Shown here: piece by piece, positions 46,029 through 54,035 of the stretch
Position numbering within the stretch: position 1 is the first letter of the stretch
How the letters are laid out: every line of letters begins with the position of its first letter
Source: Acidobacteria bacterium UBA2990
Lineage (GTDB): Bacteria; Acidobacteriota; Vicinamibacteria; Vicinamibacterales; UBA8438
NCBI GenBank assembly: GCA_002347025.1
Contig: DEAE01000002.1
Coordinates: forward strand, 91,544-155,543
Reading direction: 5' to 3'
DNA: 64,000 bases
Notes under the pieces: model-generated
Told to the model about the DNA's origin: nothing
Database searches by the model: none
The model's input: the letters and a program-made list of their open reading frames with translations, nothing else
Position numbers and translations under genes: made by a program

Positions 46029-47165
46029 ATGAATTTTCGAAAGATCATCTTTTGGATCCATTTACCTGTTGGGATCCTGAGTGGGCTGGTTGTGCTGATG
46101 ATGTCTCTTACCGGTCTTATCTTGACCTATGAATGGCAACTTGAGGAATGGTCATTTCGCAATTATATAAGTGCAGGCACTAGAGATGGCAGGCCACTTA
46201 CGGTGGGGATGCTCCTCGACAATCTTGCCCAAGTGGACCCGGAAGTTTCAGTGGGGTCGGTCATAATCAGAGCCGACCCACGTGAGCCGGCCGCGGTTAG
46301 CGTGGGTGCCGGGAGATTACTGTTTCTGGACCGATATAGCGGCCAAGTGCTTGGCGACAATAACAGTGCCGTACGGCGCTTACTTAGGAAGGTGAGGTCG
46401 ATTCACCGATGGTTCGGTCTGGAGGGTCAGTATCAGGTGGCCGGCCGGACGTTCACGGCTGTGGCGAACCTTGGGTTCTTTTTCTTAATTGTTAGTGGGG
46501 TGTATCTCTGGTGGCCCCGAGGTTGCACTCGTGCGGCTATCAGGAACGCGACGTGGTTTCGCCGAGGCCTAACAAGCAAGGCACGTGATTTCAACTGGCA
46601 CAATGTTATCGGGTTCTGGCTTGCACTGCCCCTGATCGTTATCGTCTTCAGTGGGGCGATGATTTCCTATCAATGGGTTGGCGACCTAGTTTACCGTGTC
46701 GTCGGGGAGTCTCCTCCGTTGCCCCGAGCGGTCACCCAGGCCGAAGGGATATCTGAGCAACCATCGTCGCCTCGGGTGGGAGGGCGGCTTCCCAGCTTGC
46801 TGACCTACGATGAGGCGGTAGTTCGTGCCGCCGGGGAGATGCCAGATTGGAACATCATGACCTTGGTGGTGCCAGAGGCTGGTGATTCTTTCCTTTCTGT
46901 GTCGGTTGATCGCGGGAGCGGGAGGCAGCCACCTAAACGGTTAGACTTGAGTTTTGATCGTCGGTCTGGTGAGCTCATTGGGCGCGATGGTTATGGGTTT
47001 TATAGCCAAGGACGGAGGATTCGTCTGTGGTTGCGTTATGCCCACACGGGTGAAATCTATGGCGTATTCGGACAGACCGTCGCAGGGATGGCAAGCGCCG
47101 GTTCTGTCGTTCTAGTTTGGACTGGTCTGTCTTTGTCCTGGCGGCGATTTTTTGGTCCCAGTTAA
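46029..47165 (+). CDS. PepSY-associated TM-helix protein (PiuB-like iron-regulated membrane protein family)
   Basis: FRKIIFWIHLPVGILSGLVVLMMSLTGLILTY, IHRWFGL and C-terminal YAHTGEIYG...VLVWTGLSL. This is the typical PepSY_TM architecture. Confidence 0.7.
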   Translation: MNFRKIIFWIHLPVGILSGLVVLMMSLTGLILTYEWQLEEWSFRNYISAGTRDGRPLTVGMLLDNLAQVDPEVSVGSVIIRADPREPAAVSVGAGRLLFLDRYSGQVLGDNNSAVRRLLRKVRSIHRWFGLEGQYQVAGRTFTAVANLGFFFLIVSGVYLWWPRGCTRAAIRNATWFRRGLTSKARDFNWHNVIGFWLALPLIVIVFSGAMISYQWVGDLVYRVVGESPPLPRAVTQAEGISEQPSSPRVGGRLPSLLTYDEAVVRAAGEMPDWNIMTLVVPEAGDSFLSVSVDRGSGRQPPKRLDLSFDRRSGELIGRDGYGFYSQGRRIRLWLRYAHTGEIYGVFGQTVAGMASAGSVVLVWTGLSLSWRRFFGPS

Positions 47166-47651
47166 TTCTTCCCCTTTGATTTGGTAAACCTAGGGAATCC
47201 GTTGGATCATGGACCTCATTGAAGTTAGATAATCTTGGGATGGGTACCTTGTCGCTGGTCTACGTCTTCTAAAGAAAAAACGAATATAACTGGAGTTTAA
47301 CTCTCGCATTCAGCTATACGGAGGTCAATAGGGTAATGGCATGGACGATGCCTACACACTGTTGGAACTAGGGCTATAGCGCTTGGTTTGCTACGGTACG
47401 AGCCGGTCGGATGCTTCTGCGTCGACGGGATAGGGGAGTGGACCTGACCTTTCCAGTATTGTGGCTGACCAAAGGGGTAATGATGTGGCTTTGCTGAGTC
47501 AGGGAGATGGTGGTTTGGAGAATATCATCGACTAGGAAAGTTGACATAGGCCTGTTAGGCAATTGGCCAAAATTGAAATACCGTTCGATAGCACTTGGAT
47601 TACCCAGCTTCTAGTGACCGAAAATGTGACTTAGAGTTAAGCACATGGTGC

Positions 47652-48944
47652 CTAATCACGTGGTGAGGATAACCTGATGATCTCGCGACCAGCCCGTATG
47701 ACGATGGCATCTTCGGACACTGCATATCCTGTTACTGGTCCATCAACGGACAGGTGGTTCGTTGATACCACTTCGACTGCTTCTGGCGATGCTCGAAGTA
47801 CCTGGGTTGTGCCGTTCACTGTGAAGAAGTAAACATAGTCCTTGTGCCCGAGCGGTGTGGCCCATATGGATCCTGGCAATCTATGGACCCAGCGTGTCTC
47901 TCCAGTGTCAGGGTTGATGCACCGTGCGGCACCTGCCGGATTAACCCAGTAGACGCAGTGTTGATAGAGGAAGGGGGAAGCGAAATTTGAGGTGCTGCTT
48001 GCTCTCCACGCGATATCAGAGCGGTCAAGTGTGCCGCTACGGTCTCGCTTGATAGCCAAGTTGGCTTCAACCCCAAGGCCTCCGGTAATGACCAGATTCT
48101 CTGTTACTGTTGGGGAAGCAACATTGTTCCCACTCAATCCTTCGAAGGTCCACAGTTGTTGACCTGTCTCGATGTCGAAGCCCTCTACTTGACCGGAAGC
48201 GCTCACGATGATCTCCCTGCCATCCGGTGACAGTGCAGGGGTGCTCCAGGCCACCCCAGCCTGTCTGTCAGACTTCCAAAGTGTCCTGCCGGTGTCACGG
48301 TCAACCGCGAGTAAATAGGAGTAGCTACTACGAGCGAGAAACACAACAACGGCATCAGGAGTTAGAAGTAGAGAGCTTCCTACACCGTGGTTTCCCGAAA
48401 AACTTCCATATTCATTGCTTAGATTGCGATGCCAAACTGTGTTTCCCAGATGGTCCAGTGACCGGAGGTCACCGCTAGCAAAAAATGTATAGAGTCGCTC
48501 ATGGTCGACTGCTGGTGTTGGAGCGGCTTTTGCAACGTATTCGTTGAACTCATGTTGTTCTGCTGCCTGAAATGATCGCCGCCAATGTTGGGTGCCATCA
48601 TGAAGGTTTAAGGCAGTAACCCAGAGTGTTTCTTTCATAGGGCCGTCGATGGATGTTACGAAGACCGTGTTGTTCCAGATAACTGGGCTCGATTGGCCTA
48701 TAGTTCCGTCGGTTGCTCTCCAGAGGACCTGGGCATCTGACCAAGACAGAGGCAGGCGTGAAGCCATGCTGATGCTGTTGCCTGCGCTACCCCGGAAACC
48801 TGTCCAATTACTATCGTTTGCATTGGCGTTGACAGCAGCCAGCTCGCTCGCTGAGGGACTCTGAGCGATGCCTGACTGGGTATCGGTTAGCAGAAACAAG
48901 AGTGAAATGGCGATGTGAAGTCTTGGAGATGTCTGAGTAGTCAT
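47652..48944 (-). CDS. Secreted PQQ-like (BamB-type) beta-propeller repeat protein
   Basis: Signal peptide, WTGFRGSAGNS, and repeated ...D..TG...W... blade motifs. No catalytic quinoprotein signature was seen. Confidence 0.6.
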   Translation of the reverse strand: MTTQTSPRLHIAISLLFLLTDTQSGIAQSPSASELAAVNANANDSNWTGFRGSAGNSISMASRLPLSWSDAQVLWRATDGTIGQSSPVIWNNTVFVTSIDGPMKETLWVTALNLHDGTQHWRRSFQAAEQHEFNEYVAKAAPTPAVDHERLYTFFASGDLRSLDHLGNTVWHRNLSNEYGSFSGNHGVGSSLLLTPDAVVVFLARSSYSYLLAVDRDTGRTLWKSDRQAGVAWSTPALSPDGREIIVSASGQVEGFDIETGQQLWTFEGLSGNNVASPTVTENLVITGGLGVEANLAIKRDRSGTLDRSDIAWRASSTSNFASPFLYQHCVYWVNPAGAARCINPDTGETRWVHRLPGSIWATPLGHKDYVYFFTVNGTTQVLRASPEAVEVVSTNHLSVDGPVTGYAVSEDAIVIRAGREIIRLSSPRD

Positions 48945-49043
48945 AAGCTGAAAACGGGGAAGCAGGTCGGTGTTTTGAAGAGTCGAAGTTTTGAGGATGG
49001 AGGCAGCTTGTCTGGAACAAATTACAAGTTCTTCATCATATAA

Positions 49044-49058
49044 TGATAATGAGTCTCA
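49044..49058. promoter_or_regulatory. Fur-family-like 7-1-7 operator, site 3 (embedded in a near-consensus Fur box)
   Basis: TGATAAT-G-AGTCTCA. The surrounding ATAATGATAATGAGTCTC resembles the E. coli Fur box GATAATGATAATCATTATC. It lies 100 nt upstream of the minus-strand start at 48944. Confidence 0.55.
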
Positions 49059-49175
49059 ATACTAATATTGGTTTTTGGTTAGAAGTTGGTTCATGCAAAC
49101 GGGTGGCAATTAGCCTCAGAATTGATGAGAACAAGACTTGACGGCGGCAGGCCATGACGTTAGTATTAATGAAAC

Positions 49176-49190
49176 TGAGACTCAGTCTCA
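49176..49190. promoter_or_regulatory. Fur-family-like 7-1-7 operator, site 4 (perfect palindrome)
   Basis: TGAGACT-C-AGTCTCA followed directly by TATATAT (-10-like), 66 nt upstream of the ATG at 49257. Confidence 0.55.
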
Positions 49191-49256
49191 TATATATGCC
49201 TACTTTGTGACAAGGCGACAAAAGGCTGGATTGGTTCACCAAAAGAGGAGCAAGCG

Positions 49257-49547
49257 ATGTCGAAAGAAAAAGAACAGAGCCACTCGGAGGCTGAGGAGCT
49301 AGTGTCGTCCCATTCATTGAATTCTGAGGATATTGCCACGGTCAAAGTTGATCGCCGGTCGTTTCTCGCGAAAGCGATGACTGCTGGTTCAGTGGGTGTG
49401 GGTGCAGTCATGGCTGCAGGCTGTCCAAGTGGGAGTGACATGGACGGCGGCGGGGATTCAACAGACTCTGATAGTGATGGAGCGAGTTCAGGCTCGGACA
49501 GCGACGGAGCTGGAGCTGCGTCAGACTCAGACAGCGAAGAGCACTGA
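49257..49547 (+). CDS. Tiny Tat-signal protein with an Asp/Ser/Gly-rich ~41-aa mature part (possible lipoprotein)
   Basis: Strong RBS AGAGGAG. DRRSFLAKAMTAGSVGVGAVMAAGC is a twin-arginine signal plus a weak lipobox. It is followed by PSGSDMDGGGDSTDSDSDGASSGSDSDGAGAASDSDSEEH. Confidence 0.55.
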   Translation: MSKEKEQSHSEAEELVSSHSLNSEDIATVKVDRRSFLAKAMTAGSVGVGAVMAAGCPSGSDMDGGGDSTDSDSDGASSGSDSDGAGAASDSDSEEH

Positions 49548-49727
49548 GGCCCGGAGGGTCGGGTATCCGGGTTAGAGAGAAGTTGTGAGAGCAGATTAAA
49601 TTGCAAAAGTGAACGGTCGTCCATTCTGATCCTGCCTTTTACCTTGTGCCTAAACATCATACCTTCCGGCCTAACGACCCGGAGTTTGTCCTGCTTTTTA
49701 TCACCCGCCAAAACACGACCGTTCTAT

Positions 49728-49758
49728 GGGGTGCTGGGACCATAGGTCGCAGCACCCC
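49728..49758. other. Strong stem-loop in a 570-bp intergenic region
   Basis: GGGGTGCTGGGACC-ATA-GGTCGCAGCACCCC, with 13 of 14 positions paired and a triloop. No T-tract follows. Confidence 0.3.
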
Positions 49759-50124
49759 TGGGCGAGGGCCATTGCGCGTGAAGTTTTCGACCGTTATAGA
49801 CGCTGGATCTGCTAGGGGTGTTGTCTGACAGACTCAGCAGGGAAGACATGATAGTGGTGGAACGTAGGAGGTTTGTTTTTCTCAGTTACGGGATCGCTGG
49901 AGCCTGGTGGCCTTCCCATTAGTTGCTGCGCTGGGTGCCTTCTAATTGGCTGGTTACAGCACTGTCTGTCAAAAAGGCGGTTGTTGGGTCACTGACATTC
50001 ACTGGGGGCTGATGCTGACTTCAATGGTTGGTTTCATGATAGCGCTTTGCCACGTGTTTTTGAGGGCTATCAGAGGGGTTCAAATGGTTTCAGCCTCTGA
50101 GGGAGTTTCCATGGTGTGGAACAG

Positions 50125-50958
50125 ATGGGACTCCCAGTGCTCATAGCACCGGCAGTGATCTATCTAGTCGCATTCATCCTTTATGGGACCTTCTTTAAGC
50201 GTCAGGATGAGCATATCGGTAGACTCGCTACAGCCACCTTGGCAGCAGCGGTTCTCCTGCACACATTTGTTGCAGGGATGTTTACAGTGGAGTTGGGGCA
50301 ATTGCCATTCGTTGGTACCCCAGCAGTCATTTCTTCATTCGTATGGCTTTTGGCCGTAGCCTATCTCTATACCGAAATGGTTACCGATGACAGGTGCTTG
50401 GGGGTGTTCATAACTCTAATATTGGCGGCACTCCAAACTCTATCGTCCTTTGGTGACGGGGCAAGAGAGTTGTCACCAGCGTTGAACACTGTTTGGTTTA
50501 ACGTCCATGTCGTGTCTCTTTTGTTGGCTTATGTGGCTTTTGCCATGGCCTTTGTCGTTGGAACCTCTTATGTTCTTTTGTTTCGTGAGCTTAAATCCGC
50601 AAAGATCGGGTTCTTTGCGGAGAGGTTACCTTCGCTGCAGTTTATTGATGGGATGAACCAGAAAGCTGTTGTTATTGGCTGGCTATTTCTTACATCGGGA
50701 CTGGTCGTCGGCGCAATCTGGTTGTCTCAGTTGCAGCCACACACAATAGGTCCAAAGGCTCAGGCAATGTCGTTGCTAGACCCGAAGATATTTATGGTTG
50801 TCTTGAACTGGCTGGTTTATTCATTCGCTATCTACGCGAGACAGGTAGTTGGCTGGACTGGAAAGCGGGCTGCTTGGTTATCGGCGGTTGGCTTCGCGAT
50901 GGTCCTCTTTAATCTTGTTCCAGTCGGATATTTCCTGACGGCTAGTCACAATTTCTGA
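50125..50958 (+). CDS. Cytochrome c assembly protein family (CcsA/HemX-like, PF01578) membrane protein
   Basis: About 8 TM helices. The C-terminal block GAIWLSQ...DPKIFMVVLNWLVYSFAIYARQVVGWTGKRAAWLSAVGF...SHNF resembles the CcsA/HemX core, but the Trp-rich WWD motif is degenerate. Confidence 0.5.
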   Translation: MGLPVLIAPAVIYLVAFILYGTFFKRQDEHIGRLATATLAAAVLLHTFVAGMFTVELGQLPFVGTPAVISSFVWLLAVAYLYTEMVTDDRCLGVFITLILAALQTLSSFGDGARELSPALNTVWFNVHVVSLLLAYVAFAMAFVVGTSYVLLFRELKSAKIGFFAERLPSLQFIDGMNQKAVVIGWLFLTSGLVVGAIWLSQLQPHTIGPKAQAMSLLDPKIFMVVLNWLVYSFAIYARQVVGWTGKRAAWLSAVGFAMVLFNLVPVGYFLTASHNF

Positions 50959-51032
50959 TGTCCTCGAGGGAATTGACGAAGGTTTGGAAGAACTCGCATG
51001 TCCGGCCACCAGTTTAGGCGTGCCCTGTTGGA

Positions 51033-52139
51033 GTGAAGGTTTTGAACAAGTCCATTGACACTCTCAGTGAATCGACGGAGTGGCCTTTGCGTGGGGAGAC
51101 TCATGGGCAGGTATCGCCGTTGTGGTTGCTTACAAGGCAACCGAGGTTGAATGAGCTGGTGGCTTATTTGACAGACATGCGTAAAGTGATTGATGTGGAT
51201 CCTGATGGCGGGCATGTCCTTTCTTTTTCTCGTGCGCGCTTGGGGATGGCGCGGACGGAGTTTGCCCAGATGATCAGGCAGGGAGAGGCCAGGCTGCATC
51301 TTTTTTGCAAGCTTTTGGCCAGCTGCTTGTTTGCCAAGTTTGAGATGCAGAGTGTGGTGATTGGTGAGGTGCCGAACACTCGAAAGCGGTTCCAGTATTC
51401 ACAGGGAATTGATCCCGCTACGCTGTTTAGCGAAACAGATCTGGCCCTTGGAACTCGACTTCTGGATCTACTACGTTGCCAGTCCTCCGAGGGGTGGGAG
51501 ACTCCGCGCCTAGTGGCGAACTTTGTGGAGTATCAGCCACTGCTTGAGAACGATTATGCGATTCATAAGATGATCAGTCGGGTCAAGGCGGAGGAAGAGA
51601 TATGGAACAAGGTGTGTGACGAAATTTTCCGACTTGATGAGTTGATTCAGAAAGACAAGCAATTCAGAACTTTGAGTCCATTCATTAAAGACGTATTCGG
51701 TGTCAAGGTTGTTGTTGGGACTCCGGATGATGCTAGATATTTACAAGCGGCCCTTGAGATGTCGGCGTTGAAACCACACGGTGGCACTGATGCGAATATG
51801 TCAGAGACTGTATGGCTGCGAGTGCTTGAATCGAAAGACTATCTTGGAGATTCAGGGAAGAAACGTACTGGTTGGGAGGCTATCAAATCTGTTGTGAACT
51901 GGTCTGGGGGAGTGTTCGAGTTGCAGATTCAGCCACTCGCAAACTATTTCTTGGAAAGGGAACGTCTAACGAGCGAAAGCCATGTCGCGTTTAAGCAGAA
52001 CAGGGAAAACATTCGTAACGGAGTGATCTCACATTACCCTCTAATAGGTTTCTATCGAGACTTGTTACGGTGGTTATTTCTAGAGGCAAAATCCTGCTCA
52101 CCCAGTTTCAGGTCTGTCCAAGTAGTCGTCAATGACTAG
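51033..52139 (+). CDS. Divergent RelA/SpoT-fold nucleotidyl/pyrophosphotransferase domain protein with a ~190-aa N-terminal extension
   Basis: Block-by-block similarity to small alarmone synthetases. SRVKAEEEIWNKV matches sRVKs.eSi.eK, DVFGVKVVV matches DiaGlRiv, SKDYLGDSGKKRTGWEAIKSVV matches DYi..PK.sGYrSlH.iv, FELQIQP matches vEiQIRT and SHVAFKQ matches H...YK. Confidence 0.5.
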   Translation: MKVLNKSIDTLSESTEWPLRGETHGQVSPLWLLTRQPRLNELVAYLTDMRKVIDVDPDGGHVLSFSRARLGMARTEFAQMIRQGEARLHLFCKLLASCLFAKFEMQSVVIGEVPNTRKRFQYSQGIDPATLFSETDLALGTRLLDLLRCQSSEGWETPRLVANFVEYQPLLENDYAIHKMISRVKAEEEIWNKVCDEIFRLDELIQKDKQFRTLSPFIKDVFGVKVVVGTPDDARYLQAALEMSALKPHGGTDANMSETVWLRVLESKDYLGDSGKKRTGWEAIKSVVNWSGGVFELQIQPLANYFLERERLTSESHVAFKQNRENIRNGVISHYPLIGFYRDLLRWLFLEAKSCSPSFRSVQVVVND

Positions 52140-52469
52140 TTCTCTGGTCGGTCTACATATGGAAGGGGTTCGCCGGTTAACCCGACGCAATATTCTAAGA
52201 GCTGTCCATTGGTGGGGATGTCCGGAATCTGTTGCAGGGCACTTCCGTTGTGGCGACCTAGCGGAAGGTATCGATGACTCTTAATGTCTTGGGTGTGCAG
52301 CTTCTGGTAGACGACGAGGTAGTCCCAGAACTTGAGGGCTACTAAGGGCGGTTGGTGAAAGGGAGACCAGTTCGGCTGCTGATTGTCGAGTCAGACAGTG
52401 TCTGGAGGTGAACTGAGACGAAAGCCTCAGTCCACGCTCCTCTGACAGGAACTAGGTGGATAGTTAGTG

Positions 52470-53999
52470 CTACTGTTGCTGGGTTGCCGGTCGCGCGTAC
52501 TGGTCAACGATTTCTGGCCTTTGTCCGGCTGTTGAGATGTTCTCTAGGGACATGACGTATTCGACAGCGTCGATCGTTGGGCGCGATTGCCGTGGGAGAC
52601 CGCCTCGGTGGCCTTCGGCAATATATAACGGGGTCCGACCGAGTTCGTTGGTCTGTCTCCAGACTTGTGAGTCTGCACCATTTGCTGCTAGCAGGTGCAC
52701 GACCGAGGGGAAGTTTCCATAAGCGGCACCATGCATTGCGGAGTCGCCATTGCTATCCACAGCATCGAGATTGGCTCCAAGATCAATGAGCATTTGTGTG
52801 GCAATAACTGCTTCTGCCTCGGTGCCGGCTTCTTCTTCAGGGGCCGATGTGCCGAGGCCGGCGGCAGCCATCAATGGGGTGCTGAGCTCAGCGTTCGGTA
52901 TAAAGGGGTCGGCGCCCAAGTCGACCAGAAGTTGCATCAAGGCGTCGTCGGCTCGGTCGGCTGCCATCAGGAATGCCGTGGCACCTTCGGTTCCCAGGCG
53001 AGACGCGGTATGCGGCGGACGTGTGCTCTGGTCGAGTTGGGTGTTCACGTCCGCCCCTAGGGCGACCAGGACTCGCACGAACTGCAAGGGGGTTAAGTGT
53101 CCAGAGCCGGTCGGAGACGGGTCCCCTCGGTCGCTAGCGTCTGGCTTACGTACCCAGCTCATCGTGTGAAGTGGAGTGAAGCCTGTACGTTGGTCGTTGG
53201 GGTCAGCCCCGGCCTTAATTAGCTCAACGGCAAGTTCGAAATGACCGTTTCGGACAGCGAGGAGCAACGGACTCATGCCATCATCAACGGGTCGGTAGCT
53301 TGCATTGTTAACAGCTTGGTCGGGTCTATCCTGGACTCGCTGTAAGACCTGGTTCACATCAACGCCGGCAGCTATTAGGCTACGTGCTACATCGATATGG
53401 CCTTCCCTAACAGCGAAAAAGATAGGTGAGAAACCAGAGTTTAGGGACGCATGCACGTCAGCTCCCGCCTGAACGAGCGCTTCAACAACAGGAAGGTGTC
53501 CCTCCGCCGATGCCCACATTAAGGCTGTCTGGTTATTGCCTTCCCGCCCATTGGGGTCAACGCCCTCGGTGAGCAATGCGGTTACGACTTCCACGCTCCC
53601 CGTGCGGGCTGCTGTCATGAGGACGGTTTCTCCGCCTCTTAGGGTAGCCTTCGCGTCAGCTCCAGCATCGAGAAGCAAGTTCACCACTGTTGCGTTGGCG
53701 TTGGTGGCAGCGAGTGATAGTGGCGTCACACCGTAATCATTTCCGGCATTTACGTTTGCACCAGACTTGACCAACAGGGTTGAGGTGTGGCTGTCGTCTT
53801 GATAGACGGCCCAATGGAGAGCGGTCATTCCGTCAACTTGCCTTGCGTTGACATCGGCTCCGTCATGGATGAGCGCGAGGGCGAGCTTGCTATTCCCATG
53901 CTCGACCGCATCCGCCACTGTTGATTCTTCGGCTGCGATCGCCAGACTGCTCAAGCTGGCCGCTAGCACAGAGAGTCCAATGATTCGTCTAACATTCAT
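52470..53999 (-). CDS. Secreted ankyrin-repeat protein, copy 3
   Basis: 509 aa with signal peptide IGLSVLAASLSSLAIAA. It is collinear with copies 1 and 2 (DGMTALHWAVYQDD..., GETVLMTAARTGSVEVV, QTALMWASAEGH). Confidence 0.8.
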   Translation of the reverse strand: MNVRRIIGLSVLAASLSSLAIAAEESTVADAVEHGNSKLALALIHDGADVNARQVDGMTALHWAVYQDDSHTSTLLVKSGANVNAGNDYGVTPLSLAATNANATVVNLLLDAGADAKATLRGGETVLMTAARTGSVEVVTALLTEGVDPNGREGNNQTALMWASAEGHLPVVEALVQAGADVHASLNSGFSPIFFAVREGHIDVARSLIAAGVDVNQVLQRVQDRPDQAVNNASYRPVDDGMSPLLLAVRNGHFELAVELIKAGADPNDQRTGFTPLHTMSWVRKPDASDRGDPSPTGSGHLTPLQFVRVLVALGADVNTQLDQSTRPPHTASRLGTEGATAFLMAADRADDALMQLLVDLGADPFIPNAELSTPLMAAAGLGTSAPEEEAGTEAEAVIATQMLIDLGANLDAVDSNGDSAMHGAAYGNFPSVVHLLAANGADSQVWRQTNELGRTPLYIAEGHRGGLPRQSRPTIDAVEYVMSLENISTAGQRPEIVDQYARPATQQQ

Positions 54000-54035
54000 A
54001 TCTCTTCTCTCCAGATCTTGAAGTCCACTGCCGGA

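Noticed and set aside
49166-49711. 181-aa minus-strand ORF overlapping the Asp/Ser-rich mini-protein
   Set aside because: It has no RBS or motif. Its SLSES repeats are simply the reverse complement of the GAC/AGC-rich plus-strand codons. The plus-strand ORF has a strong SD, a twin-arginine motif and an operator or -10 element upstream.
52159-52284. 41-aa ORF downstream of the RelA/SpoT-like gene as a candidate antitoxin
   Set aside because: It has no RBS and no recognisable fold, and it is below the ORF-track threshold. It is only worth testing if the RelA/SpoT-like protein proves toxic.
52421-52441. 6-bp hairpin ACTGAG-N8-CTCAGT about 30 nt downstream of the third ankyrin gene
   Set aside because: The stem is short and no U-tract follows on either strand. 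It is too weak to call a terminator.
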